Shown piece after piece: positions 58,066-64,000 of a stretch of DNA of 64,000 nucleotides; within the stretch, counting starts at the first letter, position 1; every line of letters starts with the position of its first letter. Source of the DNA: Planctomycetaceae bacterium (GTDB lineage Bacteria > Planctomycetota > Planctomycetia > Pirellulales > Pirellulaceae); the NCBI GenBank assembly GCA_002726515.1, contig PBTE01000181.1, forward strand, positions 11,174 to 75,173. Direction: 5' to 3'. The notes beneath the pieces are model-generated. The model was not told where the DNA came from, did no database searches, and saw only the letters and a list, made by a program, of their open reading frames with translations. A program made the position numbers and the translations under genes.

Positions 58066-58878
58066 ATGGCAAGTTTTTCCTACAGTTTGAATGGCAGTAC
58101 GATTCGAACGACACCCGTTCTGGACCAGATCAAAGTGGCCTCGGGTGCCGGCTATCAGGCGCTGGAAATCTGGCACGACAAAGTCGACGAGCACATCGAG
58201 TCTGGGGGTAAGGTCCGTGACATTCGCCGAGCGTTGGATGATTCCGGACTGGTGGTACCCACGACGATCTACTTGTCCGATTGGTTCGACTCGACCGGTG
58301 ACCAACACGCCAAGGTGCTTGAAGAATGCAAGCGTCGGATGGATCAGTCCGTTGAACTGGGAGCGGAACATGTTATCGCAGGCCCACCACTGGGAACGGC
58401 CTGTGTCGAGCGGGGAGCAGAAAACTATTTCGAGCTATGTGAACTCGGCCGCGCAATGGGTGTCAAACCGGCCATGGAATTCTTGGGGTTCGTCGAGCAG
58501 TTGAACACCATTGAAGCGGCGCTGGAGGTCATGGAAAAATCCGGCCATCCGGCTGCCTGCACCATCCTCGACCCTTTCCACATCTTTCGCGGAGGCGGCT
58601 CTGTGGAATCGATTGCGCAGTTGACCGCAGCGCAAGTTGCAATCAGTCACTTCAATGACATCCCCCCGGAACCCCCGCGAGTGGAGCAACACGATCATCA
58701 CCGGGTCCTGCCCGGCGAGGGTATCTTCGATTTGCAGCGGTACGTCCAACTACTCGAGCAGATCGGCTATACCGGCTACCTCTCACTGGAATTATTCCGC
58801 AAAGATCTGTGGAACGCCGATCCGCACGAAGTCGCAGCTCTCGGTCTGGAAAAAATGCGATCGGCGGTGGAAATCTGA
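58066..58878 (+). CDS. sugar phosphate isomerase/epimerase (xylose isomerase-like TIM barrel)
   Basis: 'QIKVASGAGYQALEIWHDKVDE', 'AEHVIAGPPLG', 'HHRVLPGEGIFDLQRYVQLLEQIGYTGYLSLELF'. Confidence 0.8.
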   Translation: MASFSYSLNGSTIRTTPVLDQIKVASGAGYQALEIWHDKVDEHIESGGKVRDIRRALDDSGLVVPTTIYLSDWFDSTGDQHAKVLEECKRRMDQSVELGAEHVIAGPPLGTACVERGAENYFELCELGRAMGVKPAMEFLGFVEQLNTIEAALEVMEKSGHPAACTILDPFHIFRGGGSVESIAQLTAAQVAISHFNDIPPEPPRVEQHDHHRVLPGEGIFDLQRYVQLLEQIGYTGYLSLELFRKDLWNADPHEVAALGLEKMRSAVEI

Positions 58879-59123
58879 CCCCGAACAGGATGGAAAGAAA
58901 TGGAACGACTGTCAGAACATGCGCACCGCCCGTGGTCTGACAGAGGTTCTCCGTAATTCGGCGTCGTTTCTTTGGTGTTTCAGAGCCGGGAGCTTATCAT
59001 GAGAGTAGGCGAATCTGTTCGAAGGCCTGGAAAGTGAAACGCCGCTGCACTCGGCTTGGAGAGATGTTTTACCGCCGGTCGCAGCACACGTCCCGTGGCG
59101 AGATCTTACCTTCCACCCAAGAC

Positions 59124-61046
59124 ATGCCAGGAATTTCCGTCTTGTGCCCTTTCCAAAAACCTGCTGCAAAATATCCTTCCCGGTCCGGGCTGCTGATCGG
59201 TGGGCTCGTGGCATTCTGGCTCGGCGTGTTTACGATCCGGCCGGTGTTTGCCGTGGTCGTCTTTGATTTTACTTTCGAAGACGTGGTAGCCAATACGAAC
59301 GACGGCTTTGACGACCCGGTCCTGGGGGCGGATCGCCGAGCAGCTCTGATTGACGTGGCGAACAACGTCATCGGCAAACAACTCGACCATCAGGCGACTG
59401 TCAGAATCAACATCAACGAATCGAAGGACCTGTCAGACAATACCCTGGCAACCGCCGGCCAGATTTTCTTTGTGGTGCGACGTTCATTTCAAGATGGATT
59501 GGTGGCCGCCGCAATCCAAGAGGACGAGGATCCGTCACCGGGGAATTTTTTAGGTTCGATGACCTGGGATTTTACCCATGACTGGAACCTGAGCAGTGAG
59601 TCCCCCGCTTCCGGAGAGAATGATTTTCGATCGGTTGCGTTACACGAACTGACTCATTTGCTTGGATTTGCCACCCTGATTCGAGAAAATGGCCACGGGT
59701 TGGAGGATGTGACATTCGACACCTTCAGCCGCTTCGATTCGTTCTTGGAAAATTCAACGGGTAGCCCACTGATTACCAGTGGCCGATTCAATGTTGTTAA
59801 CGCGACCATTTCTGATTTGACTACGGCCGTCTTCTTCAACGGAACCCACGCAACTGCAGCCAATGATGGCGACCGGGTTGAACTGTTTGCCGATGCTCCT
59901 TTTGGTCACAGCTCGTTGAGTCACATGCGGGATACGAACGACCCGATGACTGTCAATTTGCCCATTGGATCTTCACAACGCGCCTGGTCGTTGCTCGATC
60001 GTGGAATTCTTCTCGATTTGGGCTATCAGATACCCGACGCGGTGATTTCCAACCTGGACGAAGTGTTGACCGACACCACGCTGACGATTACCGGAAGTAT
60101 GTTTGTCGGGGGTGACCAGTTTGGCGCCCAGATGCCGGGGTCCCTGACTGTCGAAGACTCGGCAGCAGTAAACGTTTTGGGAATTGGCGGGATCTGGGAG
60201 ACGGGTACGCTCCACGTTCAGGGCACCTTTTCAACCGATGGCGCGCTGGCCAACAAAGGTGACGTCGACGGCGCGGGAACCATCGGTGGTGACTTGACGA
60301 ACCTGACCGGAACCATCGCACCGGGTGCACCGATAGGGCGACTCGGCATCACCCAGAACTTCATCCAGGATGCCGGGGGCCGGCTGGAGATGGAAATCGG
60401 GGGCACCACGCCGGCCACTGAATTCGATGTACTGGAAGTAGGAAATGCTGCCCAAGTCGGGGGAATTCTGGAAATTCATGTGCGGAATGCCTACCGGGAT
60501 TTGCCCTCCAGGGGTTTGGTAGACCGTTTTCATTTACTCACTTCGCAGCAGCTGACCGGCACGTTTGATCAGATCAGCTATGCCGGGAAACAGCTCGCCG
60601 TTTCCAGCCCATTGGATGACCGGGGAAGCTTCAGCAGCCACCAGGGAAACGGATACTTTCGCACCGTCCTCTACAGTGACGAAGGGCTTGAGTTTATCAA
60701 CCTGTATGCACAACCGGGTGACCTGGATGGCGATGTGGATATCGATCTCAGCGATTTCAACGTGCTGGCGGCACACTTCGACCCGTTTAATCTTGACTTT
60801 CCGCACAACTGGCTGGAGGGAGATTTTGATGGAGACCAGAAAATCAACTTGACTGATTTCAATTTTATGGCTGCAAACTTTTCTCTGGGAAGCTACAACT
60901 TGGGTGGGTCGAGTTTACTGTCAACCGTCCCTGAGCCAAACAGCGCGTTGAGTTGCGCGGTATTAATAGCGTGCCTGACACTGCTGCGAAACGCTGGTTG
61001 CCGGGAACCCTCCGGACCTGGCCGGCACCATTGTCGCAACTCATAA
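59124..61046 (+). CDS. PEP-CTERM-anchored secreted protein with zincin HExxH motif and dockerin/EF-hand-like Asp repeats
   Basis: Signal '...[25 protein letters not shown]'. The start is uncertain: the ORF frame opens with GTG at 59034. '[12 protein letters not shown]' is a zinc-metalloprotease HExxH. '[20 protein letters not shown]' and '[22 protein letters not shown]' are dockerin-type Ca-binding repeats. The C-terminal '[21 protein letters not shown]' is a PEP-CTERM sorting signal. Confidence 0.65.
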   Translation: MPGISVLCPFQKPAAKYPSRSGLLIGGLVAFWLGVFTIRPVFAVVVFDFTFEDVVANTNDGFDDPVLGADRRAALIDVANNVIGKQLDHQATVRININESKDLSDNTLATAGQIFFVVRRSFQDGLVAAAIQEDEDPSPGNFLGSMTWDFTHDWNLSSESPASGENDFRSVALHELTHLLGFATLIRENGHGLEDVTFDTFSRFDSFLENSTGSPLITSGRFNVVNATISDLTTAVFFNGTHATAANDGDRVELFADAPFGHSSLSHMRDTNDPMTVNLPIGSSQRAWSLLDRGILLDLGYQIPDAVISNLDEVLTDTTLTITGSMFVGGDQFGAQMPGSLTVEDSAAVNVLGIGGIWETGTLHVQGTFSTDGALANKGDVDGAGTIGGDLTNLTGTIAPGAPIGRLGITQNFIQDAGGRLEMEIGGTTPATEFDVLEVGNAAQVGGILEIHVRNAYRDLPSRGLVDRFHLLTSQQLTGTFDQISYAGKQLAVSSPLDDRGSFSSHQGNGYFRTVLYSDEGLEFINLYAQPGDLDGDVDIDLSDFNVLAAHFDPFNLDFPHNWLEGDFDGDQKINLTDFNFMAANFSLGSYNLGGSSLLSTVPEPNSALSCAVLIACLTLLRNAGCREPSGPGRHHCRNS

Positions 61047-61122
61047 CCTGGCCGATTTTTTAACCGGGAAATGTTGTGCCAGTCGTGAAAACACTGGGTC
61101 CTCGGAGTTCAACGAATTCGCC

Positions 61123-62394
61123 ATGAAAATTCGCCTGGATTATGGCCACACCGGGCTGGACGTCGAATTGCCAGATGAACTGCTGGTCCAAATTCTGTCT
61201 CACAAGGCGGCCACTCCTTTAATCGACCCCGAAAACATTTTGCGGGACCGCTTGAATCGACCCGCCGGAACCGTACCCCTTTCCGAGATTGCCAAGGGCC
61301 GTCGTAGCGCATGCATCCTGATTTGCGACATCACCCGCCCGGTCCCCAATGAACTGCTGTTGGGAGCCATTCTGGAAACGCTGAGAGGAGCAGGCCTGGA
61401 GCAAGAGAACATCCTCGTCCTCGTGGCAACCGGCGCACACCGGATCAGCACCCGGGACGAAATCATCGAGTTGGTGGGTGCGGAGATTGCTGCAAACTAT
61501 CGCATCGAAAATCATGATGCACATGATCGCGCAGCCCACCAATACCTGGGGTCCAGTCCGCGCGGAGTCCCGCTCTGGATTGACTCGCGGTACCTGCAGG
61601 CGGACTTGAAGATCGCCACGGGATTGATCGAACCGCATTTCATGGCCGGGTATTCCGGAGGCCGCAAGCTGATCTGTCCCGGAATTGCCGGACTCGAAAC
61701 CATCCAAGTTTGGCATGGACCGGACTTCATGGAAGATCCCCTGGCAGACACGGGTATTCTGCTGGGAAACCCGGTGCACGAAGAAAACACCTGGATGGCC
61801 CGGCGAGCCGGATGCGACTTTATCGTGAACGTGATCATCGATGCGGAGCGACGTCCTTTGAACCTGGTGGCCGGTGACATGGAAGAAGCTTTTGAAGAGG
61901 GAGTCGCTTTTGTGCGTGACCTTGTGGTAGACACGGTGCCAGAACCGGTTGATGTGGTCATCACCAGCTGCGCCGGTTACCCCCTGGACACTACCTTTTA
62001 CCAATCCGTGAAGGGCATGTGCGGCGCGCTGCCCATCGTGAAAGAAGGTGGAACGGTCATCCTGGCCGCCAGCATGAGCGAAGGCATCGGTAGCGAGTCT
62101 TTTCAAACACTCTTTCGGGAGAATTCCAGCCTGGAGGAATTCCTGCACCGCATCTTGCATGAGAACTATTTTGTCATGGACCAGTGGCAACTTGAGAAAA
62201 TGGCGGCCATCTGCAGCAAGGCGCGAGTCAAGGTGGTCAGCGACGGCTTGCCGGCCGAAACGATCCGGAGTCTGTTTGTGGAAACTGCAACAACCGTAGA
62301 AGCGGCTGTCAGCGAAGCCTTGGAACTACATGGCCCCCAAGCGACCATTGCCGTCATCCCCAAGGGGCCCTACGTGGTAGCGCAACTGGAGTGA
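61123..62394 (+). CDS. lactate racemase-like (LarA family, DUF2088) protein
   Basis: '[17 protein letters not shown]', 'ILICDITRP' and '[24 protein letters not shown]' are characteristic of Ni-pincer-dependent LarA homologs. Confidence 0.8.
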   Translation: MKIRLDYGHTGLDVELPDELLVQILSHKAATPLIDPENILRDRLNRPAGTVPLSEIAKGRRSACILICDITRPVPNELLLGAILETLRGAGLEQENILVLVATGAHRISTRDEIIELVGAEIAANYRIENHDAHDRAAHQYLGSSPRGVPLWIDSRYLQADLKIATGLIEPHFMAGYSGGRKLICPGIAGLETIQVWHGPDFMEDPLADTGILLGNPVHEENTWMARRAGCDFIVNVIIDAERRPLNLVAGDMEEAFEEGVAFVRDLVVDTVPEPVDVVITSCAGYPLDTTFYQSVKGMCGALPIVKEGGTVILAASMSEGIGSESFQTLFRENSSLEEFLHRILHENYFVMDQWQLEKMAAICSKARVKVVSDGLPAETIRSLFVETATTVEAAVSEALELHGPQATIAVIPKGPYVVAQLE

Positions 62395-62444
62395 AGGTTG
62401 GAGCAACGAGGGCGAAAGGGAAAACGGTCTCGTACCGCAGCTGC

Positions 62445-63761
62445 TCACTCTGGTTTTACCGGGGGCCGTCCGATCGAGTAGTAGGTGAAACCCGCATTGC
62501 ACATCTGCTCGGGTTCATAAAGATTGCGACCATCAAAGACGACGGGTATTGCCATACGACGACGCATCTGTGCCAGATCGGGGTGTCGAAATTCTCCCCA
62601 CTCGGTCACGATGACAAGGGCTTGAGCATGATCCAGCGCATCTTCGGGAGTGCTTGCATAGGTTAGTCGGTCACCGTACTTCTGCTCTACATTCGCCATC
62701 GCTACCGGATCGTGAACGCGAATGACGGCGCCCCGTTCAAGCAAGGCGTCGATAAGCACCAGCGCCGGAGCCTCTCGAACATCATCGGTGCGGGGTTTGA
62801 AAGCGAGTCCCCAGATCGAAATGCTGGCGCCGGCCAGATCACCCTGGAAATGACTCTCCAGATTTTTCAGCAGTATCGTCTTCTGAAATGTGTTGATGTC
62901 GTCGACGGCCTTCAACATACGTGGTTCCACACCATGTTTTTCCGCCATCCGCATCATGGCCCTGACATCTTTGGGAAAGCAACTGCCCCCATATCCCACA
63001 CCCGGAAAAAGGAAAGAAAATCCAATCCTGCGATCGTGGCCTATGCCACGCCGGACGTCGTTGATATCGGCTCCCATGTTTCCACAGACGTTGGCCATTT
63101 CATTGATGAAACTGATTTTTGTGGCCAGCAGGGAATTGGCAACGTACTTTGTCAATTCAGAACTTTCGGGAGACATGACCAGAAAGGGCTTGTCGGTCCG
63201 TAAAAAAGGAGCATACAACTGTCGCAACACTTCCCCGACCTCGCAGCGCGCGACTCCCACAACCACCCGATCGGGAAACATAAAGTCGTTGATCGCTGCG
63301 CCTTCCTTGAGAAACTCTGGATTGCTGGCCACGTCGCATTCACGCCCTGTCAGTTTTTTCAACAGGGCGGTGATTTCGGCACATGTGCCTACCGGAACGG
63401 TGCTTTTGGTAACAACAATCGCTGCTGGTGGCAGATGGGGCGCCAAGTCGGTCACGGCTTGAAAAAGGTACTGTAAATCGGCCGAACCATCGTCGTGCTG
63501 GGGCGTACCCACTGCCAAGTAGATGATCTCCGACTGTTTGACGCCTGTCGCCAGATCGGTGGAGAACTGGAGGCGGCCTGCTTTGGCATTTCTGAGCACC
63601 AATTCAGAAAGGCCCGGTTCATAGATCGGGATCTCGCCACGATTCAACGCATCGATTTTTTCCGCGTCGATATCAACACAGCGAACGTGGTTTCCGCTGT
63701 CGGCAAAGCAGGTCCCTGTCACCAAACCGACATATCCCGTTCCAACGACCGTGATCTGCAT
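62445..63761 (-). CDS. ugd: UDP-glucose 6-dehydrogenase
   Basis: '[32 protein letters not shown]' NAD-binding motif. Catalytic 'GGSCFPKDV'. 438 aa, typical for the UDP-glucose/GDP-mannose dehydrogenase family. Confidence 0.9.
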   Translation of the reverse strand: MQITVVGTGYVGLVTGTCFADSGNHVRCVDIDAEKIDALNRGEIPIYEPGLSELVLRNAKAGRLQFSTDLATGVKQSEIIYLAVGTPQHDDGSADLQYLFQAVTDLAPHLPPAAIVVTKSTVPVGTCAEITALLKKLTGRECDVASNPEFLKEGAAINDFMFPDRVVVGVARCEVGEVLRQLYAPFLRTDKPFLVMSPESSELTKYVANSLLATKISFINEMANVCGNMGADINDVRRGIGHDRRIGFSFLFPGVGYGGSCFPKDVRAMMRMAEKHGVEPRMLKAVDDINTFQKTILLKNLESHFQGDLAGASISIWGLAFKPRTDDVREAPALVLIDALLERGAVIRVHDPVAMANVEQKYGDRLTYASTPEDALDHAQALVIVTEWGEFRHPDLAQMRRRMAIPVVFDGRNLYEPEQMCNAGFTYYSIGRPPVKPE

Positions 63762-64000
63762 GAAATCCCTTTCACTTCTGGCCCGTGAACCGGCACATGA
63801 CTGTTCACGAAATTACGAACCGCAAACGAATATGACTCGACTCGAATCCTGCTCACTTCGGACCGTCTTGCCCCCCGGGTATGTCTCTGAAGAAATCCGC
63901 CCGCCCGAGAGCACCAAATTGACATAACAGGTGCGGAGTCGCTGATCACCATCAGTCTGGATCGACAGAAGGCGGTCGTTGAGAATCGGCGGGAGGCGGA

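Noticed and set aside
61219-62190. 323-aa minus-strand ORF
   Set aside because: Antisense to the LarA-like gene, which has the conserved GYSGGRK motif on the plus strand.
1-64000. tRNA genes, rRNA, CRISPR arrays, transposases/integrases
   Set aside because: I found no cloverleaf-type T-loop motifs (GGTTCGAATCC-like) flanked by acceptor stems. No regularly spaced direct repeats with spacers, and no transposase/integrase-like ORFs. Without running tRNAscan/CRISPR tools, small tRNAs could still be missed.

Overview
This 64-kb window looks like chromosomal DNA from a Planctomycetota-type genome, at roughly 55% GC. The assignment rests on a DUF1549/DUF1553 + DUF1501 gene pair, a PEP-CTERM protein, very large pseudopilins and a giant secreted/anchored protein. 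I support about 55 protein-coding genes on both strands. Several starts are GTG or TTG preceded by clear AGGAG/GGAGG ribosome-binding sites. Housekeeping genes include rlmN, hisS, ilvN-ilvC, pepA, galM, ptsI, sppA and ugd, plus an M20-type peptidase, a DegT aminotransferase, a MATE exporter and a LarA-like protein. The most notable block is 39959-57768 on the minus strand, an 18-kb pilus/type-II-secretion-like locus. Its order is GspE-like ATPase, PilT, second GspE/PilB ATPase, GspF/PilC, GspG-like major pseudopilin, three large minor pseudopilins, a 1618-aa GspK-like giant pseudopilin with Asp-rich Ca-binding-type loops, and a further 485-aa pseudopilin. Other points: (1) a hotdog dehydratase - extended ACP - second hotdog - KAS cassette (15512-18645); (2) an ECF sigma / anti-sigma / Gln-rich LTXXQ-like periplasmic trio (6043-8288); (3) two diverged ~430-bp direct repeats bracketing a sulfatase-like gene (24395-24825 and 26555-26990); the upstream copy gives the sulfatase a chimeric N-terminus from a degraded YkgJ-like start, and the downstream copy leaves a MATE C-terminal remnant before an intact YkgJ-family gene; (4) a repeat-rich divergent intergenic region with a 22-bp tandem duplication (30578-30621); (5) a 440-bp gene-free, ORF-poor interval (2219-2657) that may hold a structured RNA, though I could not match it to RNase P, tmRNA or other known families; (6) a perfect 16-bp palindrome upstream of galM. 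I found no tRNA, rRNA, CRISPR array, transposase or integrase. Product names rest on motif-level recognition, not on database searches.
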